64,000 nucleotides of DNA from Terrimonas sp. (GTDB lineage: Bacteria > Bacteroidota > Bacteroidia > Chitinophagales > Chitinophagaceae): assembly GCA_016125075.1 (NCBI GenBank), contig WGMO01000020.1, positions 27,852 to 91,851 of the forward strand. Direction: 5' to 3'. The notes under the pieces are model-generated. The model did no database searches, was not told the origin of the DNA, and saw only the letters and a list, made by a program, of their open reading frames with translations. The position numbers and the translations under genes are program-made. Position 1 is the first letter of the stretch. Each line of letters starts with the position of its first letter. This document shows, in pieces, positions 28,194-37,399 of this stretch.

Positions 28194-29483
28194 TTATAGA
28201 CTCCAGTAAGTCCTGCTTTTAATATTATTCCTGTACGTTCCTTTCAGATCATAGATCACTGCATGTGGTTTTGTGATGGAAGAAAAATACCTATCATCGA
28301 AATTACCGTAATGCGCGTGGGACACCGCTACAATTACCGCATCGTAATCATTTCCGTTGACCTCAGATAATCCAAAACCATATTCATGCTGCAATTCATC
28401 AGAGGAAGCATGGGGATCATGAACATCCACATTGACAAAAAAGGATTTCAACTCTTTTACCACATCTGCCACTTTAGAATTCCTGATATCACTCACGTTT
28501 TCCTTGAAAGTCGCGCCCATGACCAAAACCCTGGACGCTTTTACATCCCCGACATGCTCGATAATATGCCGCACCACTTTCCGGGCCACATACACCGACA
28601 TTCCATCATTAATATATCGTCCTGCAAGGATCACACGGGAATTGAATCCCAGTTCACTGGATTTATAGGTCAGGTAATAGGGATCTACTCCGATACAATG
28701 TCCGCCCACCAGGCCGGGATAGAATTTCAGAAAATTCCATTTGGTACTGGCAGCTTCCAGCACTTCATAGGTATTGATATTCATCTTGTCGAAGATGATC
28801 GATAACTCGTTCATGAGTGCGATGTTCAGATCGCGTTGTGTATTCTCAATAATCTTGGCGGCTTCTGCCACTTTGATAGAGGAAGCACGGTGTACCCCGG
28901 CTTTGACCACCAGTTCATACACTTTTGAAATTTCATCCAGCGACTCTTCATCACATCCGGACACGACTTTTACCACATTGGCCAGGGTGTGCTGTTTATC
29001 GCCCGGGTTAATTCTTTCGGGTGAATAGCCTAACTTAAAATCGGTACAAAAAGTTAACCCGGATAACTTTTCAATAACCGGCAAACAATCTTCTTCTGTA
29101 CAACCAGGATATACCGTTGATTCAAAGACCACATAATCGCCTTTCTTCAATACTTTTCCAATGGTTTCGGAAGCCTTTTTCACCGGTGTAAGATCCGGCA
29201 CATTGTGCTCATCAACAGGAGTTGGTACGGCCACTACGAAGAACTGGGCCTTTTTGAGGTCATCCAGGTTGGAAGTGAATTGAATATCACAACCCTCAAA
29301 ATCCTCCTTTCCCAATTCATTGCTGGGATCGGTATGATTTTTCATCATTTCAATCCTGCCGGCATTAATGTCAAAACCAATAACCGATATCTTCCTGGCA
29401 AATTCAAGAGCAATCGGCAGCCCCACATATCCCAAACCAATTACTGCCAGTTTACATTTTTTATCCACTAACTCCTGGTACAT
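28194..29483 (-). CDS. nucleotide-sugar dehydrogenase, UDP-N-acetylhexosamine 6-dehydrogenase-like (TviB/WbpO type)
   Basis: 429 aa. The NAD motif is LAVIGLGYVGLPIA and the catalytic Cys context is GLVGGHCIGVDPYY. The substrate assignment is by family resemblance only. Confidence 0.8.
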   Translation of the reverse strand: MYQELVDKKCKLAVIGLGYVGLPIALEFARKISVIGFDINAGRIEMMKNHTDPSNELGKEDFEGCDIQFTSNLDDLKKAQFFVVAVPTPVDEHNVPDLTPVKKASETIGKVLKKGDYVVFESTVYPGCTEEDCLPVIEKLSGLTFCTDFKLGYSPERINPGDKQHTLANVVKVVSGCDEESLDEISKVYELVVKAGVHRASSIKVAEAAKIIENTQRDLNIALMNELSIIFDKMNINTYEVLEAASTKWNFLKFYPGLVGGHCIGVDPYYLTYKSSELGFNSRVILAGRYINDGMSVYVARKVVRHIIEHVGDVKASRVLVMGATFKENVSDIRNSKVADVVKELKSFFVNVDVHDPHASSDELQHEYGFGLSEVNGNDYDAVIVAVSHAHYGNFDDRYFSSITKPHAVIYDLKGTYRNNIKSRTYWSL

Positions 29484-29506
29484 TAATTTGATTTAATTGT
29501 AATGAT

Positions 29507-30490
29507 TTATTTATTGCTGATAAACTCTTTCGGTTGTTTGCTCCATTCCTCCGGCGGCAATGTTTTGAAATAAGCATAGGTTATTTTTAAACCCTCTGCC
29601 CTGTCGACTTTTGGTGTCCAGTCAAGAATTTTCTTCGCCTTGGTAATATCCGGTTTCCGCTGTTTCGGATCGTCGACAGGCAAGGGCTTATAAATAATTT
29701 TGACCTTGTTGCCGGTCAGTTTAAGCACTTCTTCTGCAAAATCCTTTAGCGAGATCTCATCCGGGTTTCCGATATTGACCGGGTTCGGGTAGTCGCTCAT
29801 CAGGAGGCGGTAGATTCCCTCTACCAGGTCATCTACATAACAAAAACTTCGGGTTTGTGACCCGTCGCCAAATACGGTCAGGTCTTCTCCTCTCAGGGCC
29901 TGTCCGATAAAAGCAGGAAGCGCTCTTCCGTCATTCAGCCGCATCCTCGGACCATAGGTATTGAAAATCCTGATGATCCTGGTTGCTACCCCGTGAAAAG
30001 TATGATAAGCCATGGTGATGGACTCCATATACCTTTTCGCTTCGTCATACACCCCTCTTGGACCAACAGGGTTAACATTACCCCAGTATTCTTCCGTTTG
30101 TGGATGAACAAGGGGGTCGCCATAGACCTCGCTGGTTGAAGCAACCAATATCCGGGCACCTTTTGCCTTGGCCAGGCCCAAACAGTTATGGGTGCCCATC
30201 GCACCGACTTTTAAAGTCTGAATGGGTATTTTAAGATAATCGATGGGGCTGGCAGGTGATGCAAAATGCAGGATATAGTCAAGATTTCCGGGAACATGAA
30301 TAAACTTGGTAACATCGTGGTGATAAAACTCAAAATGCTCAAGTTTGAACAGGTGCTCAATATTTCTCAAATCGCCCGTGATCAGGTTATCCATGCCGAT
30401 GACATGGTATCCTTCTTTAATAAAGCGGTCACAGAGGTGCGATCCTAAAAATCCGGCTGCCCCGGTAACGAGAACTCGTTTTTTTTCCAT
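29507..30490 (-). CDS. UDP-glucuronate decarboxylase (UDP-xylose synthase), SDR family
   Basis: 327 aa. Contains [26 protein letters not shown] and YDEAKR (YxxxK). The overall pattern is that of UXS enzymes. Confidence 0.85.
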   Translation of the reverse strand: MEKKRVLVTGAAGFLGSHLCDRFIKEGYHVIGMDNLITGDLRNIEHLFKLEHFEFYHHDVTKFIHVPGNLDYILHFASPASPIDYLKIPIQTLKVGAMGTHNCLGLAKAKGARILVASTSEVYGDPLVHPQTEEYWGNVNPVGPRGVYDEAKRYMESITMAYHTFHGVATRIIRIFNTYGPRMRLNDGRALPAFIGQALRGEDLTVFGDGSQTRSFCYVDDLVEGIYRLLMSDYPNPVNIGNPDEISLKDFAEEVLKLTGNKVKIIYKPLPVDDPKQRKPDITKAKKILDWTPKVDRAEGLKITYAYFKTLPPEEWSKQPKEFISNK

Positions 30491-30501
30491 AAGTAATTTG
30501 T

Positions 30502-31812
30502 TTAACTGACAGTCCCTCTACCCACGCTTTCGTAATGGAAACCCAATTGTTTGATGGCTGTCACATCAAAAAGGTTTCTTCCGTCAAAAATCACTTTATT
30601 TTTCAAACTGGATACAATTTTAAGGAAATCGGGCGTCCTGAACTCATTCCACTCTGTTGCAATGATCAACGCATCGGCGCCAGCCAGGCATTCATACTGG
30701 CTTTCAGAATAACTGATCTTATCCCCGATCAGGTTTTTAACATTCTTCATCGCTTCCGGGTCAAAGGCGCAAATAGAAGCGCCAGCGTTTACCAGGGCAT
30801 CGATCATGTACAAAGCCGGTGCTTCCCTGATATCATCCGTATTGGGTTTAAAAGCCAGTCCCCAGAGGGCAAAATGCTTTCCTTTCAGGTCCTGGTTGAA
30901 ATAACGCTGGATCTTTGGCACGAGGTGAAGCTTCTGTTTTTCATTGACATCCATCACGGCATTCAATATCCGGAAATCGTAATCGACTTCGTTGGAAGAT
31001 TTCACAAGTGCCTGTACGTCTTTTGGAAAACAGCTTCCGCCATATCCGATTCCGGGAAATAAGAACCTTTTACCGATCCTGAGGTCTGTACCGATACCCA
31101 ACCTGACCATATCCACATCGGCTCCCAGTTTTTCGCAAAGCAGTGCCACTTCATTCATAAAGGAGATTTTTGTGGCCAGGAAGGAATTGGCAGCATATTT
31201 TGTGAGTTCAGCAGACCTTTCATCCATGAATATTACCGGGTTACCCTGTCTTACAAATGGCGCATATAATTCGGCCATAAGTTTTTTTGCTCTTTCAGAA
31301 CTGGTTCCGATAACCACCCGGTCGGGTTTCATAAAATCATCTACGGCAACACCCTCTCGTAAGAATTCCGGGTTGGAAACCACATCAAATTCAACCTGGC
31401 TGTTCTTTGCAATAGCAGTGTGCACTTTTTCTGCCGTACCCACGGGTACGGTACTTTTATCGACAATAACCTTATAGTCCTTAATTATTTTTCCCAGGTC
31501 ATCGGCAACTCCTAAGATGTATTTCAGGTCGGCCGAACCGTCTTCACCCGGCGGGGTGGGCAGGGCCAGAAAAATAATCTGGGCATTTTGAATGCCTTCT
31601 TCGAGATCGGTGGTAAAACGCAGCCGCTCCTCCCGGAGGTTCCGGATAAATAATTTCTCCAGGCCGGGCTCATAGATAGTGATCTTGCCATTAGCAAGTT
31701 TTTCGACCTTTTTTGCATCTATATCCACACAGGTTACGGTATTGCCGGTCTCCGCAAAACAAGTGCCCGTTACTAATCCAACATAGCCAGTGCCAACTAC
31801 TGTAATTTTCAT
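30502..31812 (-). CDS. ugd: UDP-glucose 6-dehydrogenase
   Basis: 436 aa. The N-terminus is [16 protein letters not shown], the catalytic Cys block is [11 protein letters not shown] and another block is [17 protein letters not shown]. Confidence 0.9.
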   Translation of the reverse strand: MKITVVGTGYVGLVTGTCFAETGNTVTCVDIDAKKVEKLANGKITIYEPGLEKLFIRNLREERLRFTTDLEEGIQNAQIIFLALPTPPGEDGSADLKYILGVADDLGKIIKDYKVIVDKSTVPVGTAEKVHTAIAKNSQVEFDVVSNPEFLREGVAVDDFMKPDRVVIGTSSERAKKLMAELYAPFVRQGNPVIFMDERSAELTKYAANSFLATKISFMNEVALLCEKLGADVDMVRLGIGTDLRIGKRFLFPGIGYGGSCFPKDVQALVKSSNEVDYDFRILNAVMDVNEKQKLHLVPKIQRYFNQDLKGKHFALWGLAFKPNTDDIREAPALYMIDALVNAGASICAFDPEAMKNVKNLIGDKISYSESQYECLAGADALIIATEWNEFRTPDFLKIVSSLKNKVIFDGRNLFDVTAIKQLGFHYESVGRGTVS

Positions 31813-31821
31813 GTATTCGAT

Positions 31822-32991
31822 TTATTGGTTAATGTATTCCCTTATGGCAGAAACGATATAATGCTGCTGATCTTCATCCAGTTCGGTGTGGATAGGTAAT
31901 GAAATTACCCTTTCAGTGAGCCAGTCAGTAACGGGCAGGGACACCTTTGTAGTATCAAAACCTTCAAACATTTTTTGCCGGTGACCGGGAACGGGGTAAT
32001 ATATCATGGAGGGAATTCCCTTTTCTGCCAGGAATTTATTCAGGCCATCCCTGTCAATGCCATCCAGGATCAGGGTATATTGGTGAAACACATGATCGGA
32101 ATAAAGTGCCCTGAAGGGGACCGTAATACCGGGCACAGTGGTAAGGGCCCGGTCGTAATAATCTGCAGCAGTTTTCCTGGCCGCAATATATCTATCCAGG
32201 TATTTCAATTTGATATCCAGGATGGCCGCCTGCAAGGTGTCGAGCCGGCTATTACAACCCACTATATCATGATAGTATCGTTTCCGCTGACCATGGTTGG
32301 CAATCATTTTCATTTTTTCTGCCAGGTCATCATCATCTGTAAATATCGCACCGCCATCGCCATAGCCGCCAAGATTTTTTGAAGGAAAAAATGAAGTGGT
32401 GCCGGCTATTCCGATCGTTCCGGTCTTTTTACGGGTACCATTGTCATACCGGTAAGTGCCGCCAATCGCCTGGGCATTGTCTTCAATTACGGGAATACCG
32501 TGTTTTGCTGCTATTGTCATGATCTCGGCCATCGGGGCAGCATGACCATACAGGTGCACGGGCACAATGGCCCTTGTTTTACCGGTTATTGCATTTTCCA
32601 GTGAGACCGGGTCCATACAGAATGTTTTAGGATCCACTTCCACAAAAACCGGGGTGAGCCCCAACAATGCAATCACCTCAGTAGTAGCGATATAGGTAAA
32701 AGAAGGGGTTATCACTTCGTCGCCGGGTTGTAAACCCAGGCCCATCATGGTGATCTGGAGGGCGTCGGTTCCATTTGCACAGGGTATAACGTGTTTAGAA
32801 CCAATATATGTGGATAGATGTTCTGCAAAATCCTGGACCGGCTTGCCATTGATAAAAGCCACGCTTTCCAGTACTGCGATTACGGCCTCATCCACCTCAG
32901 ACTTTATCTTGTGGTACTGTTGCTTAAGGTCAACCATTTGAATTGGACGCATATACTTAGATGTACGAATTACAAAATCAGTTTTCTTCAA
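31822..32991 (-). CDS. DegT/DnrJ/EryC1/StrS-family sugar aminotransferase
   Basis: 389 aa. Contains IQMVDLKQQY, CANGTDALQI and SFFPSKNLGGYGDGG (PLP Lys). The start could instead be Met14 (32952) or Met18 (32940). Confidence 0.85.
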   Translation of the reverse strand: MKKTDFVIRTSKYMRPIQMVDLKQQYHKIKSEVDEAVIAVLESVAFINGKPVQDFAEHLSTYIGSKHVIPCANGTDALQITMMGLGLQPGDEVITPSFTYIATTEVIALLGLTPVFVEVDPKTFCMDPVSLENAITGKTRAIVPVHLYGHAAPMAEIMTIAAKHGIPVIEDNAQAIGGTYRYDNGTRKKTGTIGIAGTTSFFPSKNLGGYGDGGAIFTDDDDLAEKMKMIANHGQRKRYYHDIVGCNSRLDTLQAAILDIKLKYLDRYIAARKTAADYYDRALTTVPGITVPFRALYSDHVFHQYTLILDGIDRDGLNKFLAEKGIPSMIYYPVPGHRQKMFEGFDTTKVSLPVTDWLTERVISLPIHTELDEDQQHYIVSAIREYINQ

Positions 32992-33016
32992 TATTGAAAG
33001 CCAGGCAGAACAGGCG

Positions 33017-33024
33017 CAAAAATA
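33017..33024 (-). promoter_or_regulatory. candidate -7 box (TAttTTTG) for the DegT/nucleotide-sugar operon
   Basis: The minus strand reads TATTTTTG about 25 nt upstream of ATG 32991. No -33 element was seen. Confidence 0.35.
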
Positions 33025-33055
33025 GTAAAATACACTTAGTTTCCATGTTTGCCTT

Positions 33056-33063
33056 TACATTTG
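33056..33063 (+). promoter_or_regulatory. candidate -7 box (TAcaTTTG) for kdtA
   Basis: It matches TAnnTTTG 22 nt upstream of the TTG start at 33086. Confidence 0.4.
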
Positions 33064-33085
33064 TTGATTAATTAAACCTGTTGTT

Positions 33086-34336
33086 TTGCAGCTTTTTTTT
33101 TACAACCTTTCTATCTTTCTTTATAAAGCCGCCATACTGTTGGCCAGCCCCTGGAATCAAAAGGCAAGGTTATGGGTCAATGGCAGAAAAAAAAACCTTG
33201 CAACCATACGTCAGCAGGCCATTGGCTTCAACAATACGGTCTGGATACATTGCTCCTCCCTTGGAGAATTTGAACAGGGGCGCCCGCTGCTGGAAAATGT
33301 CAAAAAACAATTTCCCGATCACAAAATTGTGCTCAGTTTTTACTCCCCTTCAGGGTATGAAATAAGAAAGGATTATCCCCAAGCCAACCTGGTTTGTTAC
33401 CTCCCTTTGGATACAAAAAAAAATGCCCGGCACTTTCTTGACAGTATACGGCCTTCACTGGTCATTTTTGTAAAATATGATTTTTGGTATCATTTCCTTT
33501 ATGCCTGTAAAAACAGGCAAATACCCCTGCTCCTGGTCTCCGCACGGTTCAGAAAACAACAGCCGTTCTTTCAATGGTATGGAGGTTTTCACAGACGCAT
33601 GCTGACATGTTTTACCGCGTTATTTGTGCAGGATTCTCCGTCCCGGGATTATTTATCAGCAATTGGTCTAACAGAAAATGTTTTTGTTTCAGGTGATACC
33701 CGTTTTGACCGGGTTGGCACGATAGCGGAAAAATTCGAGCCGGTCGCCATCATCGAAGCTTTTTGTGGCAGAAATCCCGTATTGGTTGCCGGCAGCACCT
33801 GGCCCAAAGATGAGCGTTTGATCAGGCGTTTTATCGATCATTTCCCGGATGTAAAACTGATCATAGCACCCCATGAAATTGATCCCGCCCACCTGAATGA
33901 TTTAAAAAAGCTCTTCCCGGCATCCCATACCCTGTCAGATATCCGGGACCATCCGGAAAAAGGCGTTGCCCAAATCCTGATCATCGACAATATCGGCCTG
34001 CTTTCAAAACTCTATCATTATGCCACATTCGCCTTTGTCGGGGGCGGTTTTGACAGCGGGATCCATAATATACTGGAAGCAGCGGTGTTTGATAAGCCGG
34101 TTTTTTTCGGGCCCCGTTTCCATAAATTCCGGGAAGCAAATGACCTGTTGGCTGCCGGAGGAGCCTTTTCCGTAGAAGATGCGGCGTCTTTCAAAATAGC
34201 CGCCGAAAAGATCCTGAATAACCCGGACCTCTTACAAAAAACATCGAAGATTGCAGGGGATTATGTGCGGCAACAGCGGGGCGCCACAGAGAAGATCCTT
34301 TCCTTTATTCAGGAAAAGCGTCTTTTAACAAGCTGA
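33086..34336 (+). CDS. kdtA: 3-deoxy-D-manno-octulosonic acid (Kdo) transferase
   Basis: 416 aa. Contains WIHCSSLGEFEQGRPLLE and later HNILEAAVFDKPVFFGP, as in WaaA/KdtA. The start codon is TTG. Confidence 0.88.
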   Translation: MQLFFYNLSIFLYKAAILLASPWNQKARLWVNGRKKNLATIRQQAIGFNNTVWIHCSSLGEFEQGRPLLENVKKQFPDHKIVLSFYSPSGYEIRKDYPQANLVCYLPLDTKKNARHFLDSIRPSLVIFVKYDFWYHFLYACKNRQIPLLLVSARFRKQQPFFQWYGGFHRRMLTCFTALFVQDSPSRDYLSAIGLTENVFVSGDTRFDRVGTIAEKFEPVAIIEAFCGRNPVLVAGSTWPKDERLIRRFIDHFPDVKLIIAPHEIDPAHLNDLKKLFPASHTLSDIRDHPEKGVAQILIIDNIGLLSKLYHYATFAFVGGGFDSGIHNILEAAVFDKPVFFGPRFHKFREANDLLAAGGAFSVEDAASFKIAAEKILNNPDLLQKTSKIAGDYVRQQRGATEKILSFIQEKRLLTS

Positions 34337-34971
34337 TAAAAGTGAATGACGGTTTCACTGGCCGAATCCCAGCCTAACTTTATTTCCAGTTCCCGGCTGA
34401 TCCAGTATTCCGCCTCAGGATAAATATTAAAACTATTGATCGTTTTCAGGCTGCGTTCGTACATCGCTTCATCTCCACGGAAGAGTTCGCTGATAAACGT
34501 AAACCTGTCGTTGATGCCGATGGCTTTTCTTAAATCCCGGATTGGGGTGTCCATGAGTCTTTCTCCCAGTTCGGTTTTCTTTTCATTCAGCCTGTCATTG
34601 ATGGATTCCTTTGCATCGGCAATGGCCTCATTGATGTCTTTTCCAATCTTCTGATGGGATAAGGTAGGGATCTCCGTAAGGGGGTCATAATTATATGCTT
34701 GCCGCACCTGTCCCCCGGCGGTAAACGGGGCAATGACCGGCTGTTCTTCCAGGACAACCTCTTTTACGGTATCCGACATTTTTATTTTGGGGGGCATAAA
34801 AGAGGGCATGGTTACCGACACCTTGGAGGTGCCCATGCTCCTTGACCGCATGGCCTGCAAATGCTGGAGCTCATGCTGGATCATCTGCAGCGTCAACATC
34901 AGTTGTCCGGGATCGGCTTCCTGGGCGGCCTGATCCCGCAATTTATCAATGAGTACTTTGATTCTTTCCAT
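34309..34971 (-). CDS. hypothetical protein (charged, helical N-terminus; conserved-looking C-terminal domain)
   Basis: 220 aa with coding-like composition. I recognise no family. Its 3' end overlaps the kdtA 3' end by 28 nt. Confidence 0.55.
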   Translation of the reverse strand: MERIKVLIDKLRDQAAQEADPGQLMLTLQMIQHELQHLQAMRSRSMGTSKVSVTMPSFMPPKIKMSDTVKEVVLEEQPVIAPFTAGGQVRQAYNYDPLTEIPTLSHQKIGKDINEAIADAKESINDRLNEKKTELGERLMDTPIRDLRKAIGINDRFTFISELFRGDEAMYERSLKTINSFNIYPEAEYWISRELEIKLGWDSASETVIHFYQLVKRRFS

Positions 34972-35070
34972 CAGATTATGCTACTTTTGGCGCTTGTGGG
35001 TTTTGCGTTTAAAGTTACAAACAGTTTGCCAATAAAATGATTTGCCGGCGGCAATCCAAGAATATTAACA

Positions 35071-35649
35071 ATGTTTATTGAACCTGGTATCAATGGGGAA
35101 AAAAGGGGGTGGATCGAGGTGATCTGCGGTTCCATGTTTTCCGGAAAAACAGAAGAGCTGATCCGGAGGTTAAAAAGGGCAAAGATTGCCAACCTGAAAG
35201 TGGAAATATTCAAACCCGGCATCGATACCCGGTATGATGAAACGAAAATTGTTTCGCATGATGAAAACATGATCCAATCAACACCGGTGGGAAATTCCCA
35301 GAAGATCTTACTGCTGGCCCAGGGCGTTGATGTTGTGGGTATTGATGAGGCCCAGTTCTTTGACCCGGAAATAGGCGATGTGTGTGATGAACTTGCTTTT
35401 AAAGGCATCAGGGTCATTGTGGCGGGTCTTGATATGGACTATACCGGAAAACCCTTTGGCCAGATGCCGTTGCTGATGGCGAAGGCGGACTATGTGACAA
35501 AGCTTCATGCGATCTGCATGCGTTGTGGCAATATCGCCAGCTACTCGCATCGTAAAATCCCGAATGATGACCAGGTCATGCTCGGGGAAAAAGACGTTTA
35601 TGAGCCGCTGTGCAGAAAATGCTATATGGACCTCAAGCACCAGCCATGA
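35071..35649 (+). CDS. tdk: thymidine kinase (type II)
   Basis: 192 aa. The P-loop is [11 protein letters not shown]. Other blocks are [10 protein letters not shown] and the C-terminal zinc-ribbon cysteines (CMRCG...CRKC). Confidence 0.93.
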   Translation: MFIEPGINGEKRGWIEVICGSMFSGKTEELIRRLKRAKIANLKVEIFKPGIDTRYDETKIVSHDENMIQSTPVGNSQKILLLAQGVDVVGIDEAQFFDPEIGDVCDELAFKGIRVIVAGLDMDYTGKPFGQMPLLMAKADYVTKLHAICMRCGNIASYSHRKIPNDDQVMLGEKDVYEPLCRKCYMDLKHQP

Positions 35650-36302
35650 AACCATTACAAAACATTTGGGCCCTTTTCAGGAAAGACCTCCTGTTGGAAA
35701 TAAGACAGCAGTACAGTTTTTATGGCATATTGCTGTATATAGGATCCACCATCTTTGTGATCTATATGGCGGTAGATACTCCGGAAAACAGGGTCTGGAA
35801 TGGTTTATTCTGGGTTTTGCAGCTATTTATTTGTATCAATGCGGTTGCTAAAAGTTTTTTGCAGGAGAGCAGGGGCCGGATGTTATATTTTTATTCCATT
35901 GTGAGCCCGGCAGAATTTGTGCTGTCAAAACTGCTTTTCAATTCCCTGCTGATGCTGGTGATGAGCCTGCTCAGTCTCCTGCTCTTCAGCCTTTTCCTTT
36001 CCAATCCTGTGATAAAGATCTTTCCCTTTATCGGGCTGGTGCTGCTGGGCAGCTGGAGCCTGAGCCTGGTCTTTACCTTTTTGGCAGCGATCGCTGCAAA
36101 GGCCCAGCAAAATGCAGCAATCATGGCAATCCTAGGTTTTCCCATCATCATTCCACAGCTCATTTTACTGATGCGCTTATCCCGGGCCGTTTTCAGTCAC
36201 CTTATTGCCATGCCGGTCAATGTGATTTTTCTGTTAATTGCCCTTGACGTGATGATCATCTTTCTGGCAGTCATACTCTTCCCTTTTCTCTGGAAAGATT
36301 AA
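35646..36302 (+). CDS. ccmB: heme exporter protein CcmB-like ABC permease
   Basis: 218 aa with 6 TM helices. The N-terminus [21 protein letters not shown] resembles CcmB. The start ATG overlaps the tdk stop (ATGA); the track ORF begins 36 nt earlier inside tdk. Confidence 0.7.
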   Translation: MKPLQNIWALFRKDLLLEIRQQYSFYGILLYIGSTIFVIYMAVDTPENRVWNGLFWVLQLFICINAVAKSFLQESRGRMLYFYSIVSPAEFVLSKLLFNSLLMLVMSLLSLLLFSLFLSNPVIKIFPFIGLVLLGSWSLSLVFTFLAAIAAKAQQNAAIMAILGFPIIIPQLILLMRLSRAVFSHLIAMPVNVIFLLIALDVMIIFLAVILFPFLWKD

Positions 36303-36347
36303 TCCCGCAAAGCGGAGATTGTGTTTAATAAATATTTTATTGTTTTA

Positions 36348-36379
36348 TTGAACATTTGAAAACCTTTATACTAATTTTG
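36348..36379 (+). promoter_or_regulatory. candidate internal promoter for ccmC-ccmD
   Basis: TTG (36348-36350), a 21-nt spacer, then TAatTTTG (36372-36379). It lies in the 132-nt gap between ccmB and ccmC. Confidence 0.5.
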
Positions 36380-36434
36380 CTCCCTTATACGATTGCCGGC
36401 CATTGCATTGGATTGTTACTTCCTCCGATGACCA

Positions 36435-37154
36435 ATGTCCCACAAGAATATTTTCAATATGCATAAATCCTGGTGGAAAATACTGAGTGTTGTTCTGTTG
36501 GTATACACTTTTACGGCCGGAATACTAATGAAAGTCCCCCGCCTTCCACAGTTGCAGGAAACCATCCGCAACCTTTACTTCCATGTCTGTATGTGGTTTG
36601 CGATGATGATACTCTTCATTATTTCGGTGGTGCATGCCATCAAATATCTTCGTACCAATAACCTCAAGAATGATATTTGCAGCCGTGAATACGCTTCTGT
36701 GGGTATTATCATGGGCATTCTGGGTTATGCAACCGGTGCCATCTGGATGAGCTATACCTGGGCCGATCCCAATATCCCATCCGTCACTTTCAGCCTGATT
36801 GCAAAAGAACCAAAACTGATCGGCGCAGCTATCGCCCTGCTGATCTATTTCGCATACCTGGTGCTGCGCGACTCGATACAGGATATCGACAAAAGGGCAA
36901 GGGTCAGTGCTGTATATAATATTTTTGCTTTCGCCATGCTCTTTCCTTCCATCTGGATCCTGCCCAGAGTACTGCCCAGCCTGCATCCCGGAGGAAGTGA
37001 AGGAAACCCGGCGCTCGACTTCAAATCAGCTGATCCGAGGCTCCGCATGGTTTTTTACCCGGCCATTGCCGGATGGACACTGCTGGCAGTTTGGATCACC
37101 ACGATCAAAATCAGGATGCGGTATATAAAAGACAAATCAATTTTAAACGCATGA
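36435..37154 (+). CDS. ccmC: cytochrome c assembly protein, CcmC/CcsA family
   Basis: 239 aa, polytopic. Candidate heme-ligand histidines (LYFHVCMW and SLHPGGSEG) flank a Trp-rich segment (AIWMSYTWADP). The alternative start is Met9 (36459). Confidence 0.7.
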   Translation: MSHKNIFNMHKSWWKILSVVLLVYTFTAGILMKVPRLPQLQETIRNLYFHVCMWFAMMILFIISVVHAIKYLRTNNLKNDICSREYASVGIIMGILGYATGAIWMSYTWADPNIPSVTFSLIAKEPKLIGAAIALLIYFAYLVLRDSIQDIDKRARVSAVYNIFAFAMLFPSIWILPRVLPSLHPGGSEGNPALDFKSADPRLRMVFYPAIAGWTLLAVWITTIKIRMRYIKDKSILNA

Positions 37155-37366
37155 AAAAAAATCTTCTGGCCCTCGTTACTGGGCTTTTGCTTTCCCTATC
37201 CATCTTTGCACAAAATAATCCCGAACAGGTGGAAATGGCCGATACCATGCGCAGCAATGGAAAAATATATGTGGTCATTGCCGTTATACTGACCATCCTG
37301 GCTGGCCTGATTCTTTATGTGGTCCGTATAGACCGGAAACTGGGCAAGCTCGAAAAAAATCAATAA
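37151..37366 (+). CDS. ccmD: small single-TM protein, CcmD-like
   Basis: 71 aa (MKKNLLALVTG...YVVIAVILTILAGLILYVVRIDRKL). The ATG overlaps the ccmC stop (ATGA). Its position and size fit CcmD-family proteins of Bacteroidota. Confidence 0.6.
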   Translation: MKKNLLALVTGLLLSLSIFAQNNPEQVEMADTMRSNGKIYVVIAVILTILAGLILYVVRIDRKLGKLEKNQ

Positions 37367-37399
37367 GTCAACTCCTATCACAAAGTAAATTCACATCAC

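Noticed and set aside
34971-35417. 148-aa minus-strand ORF
   Set aside because: It is antisense to thymidine kinase, whose P-loop and zinc-ribbon motifs make the plus-strand frame certain.
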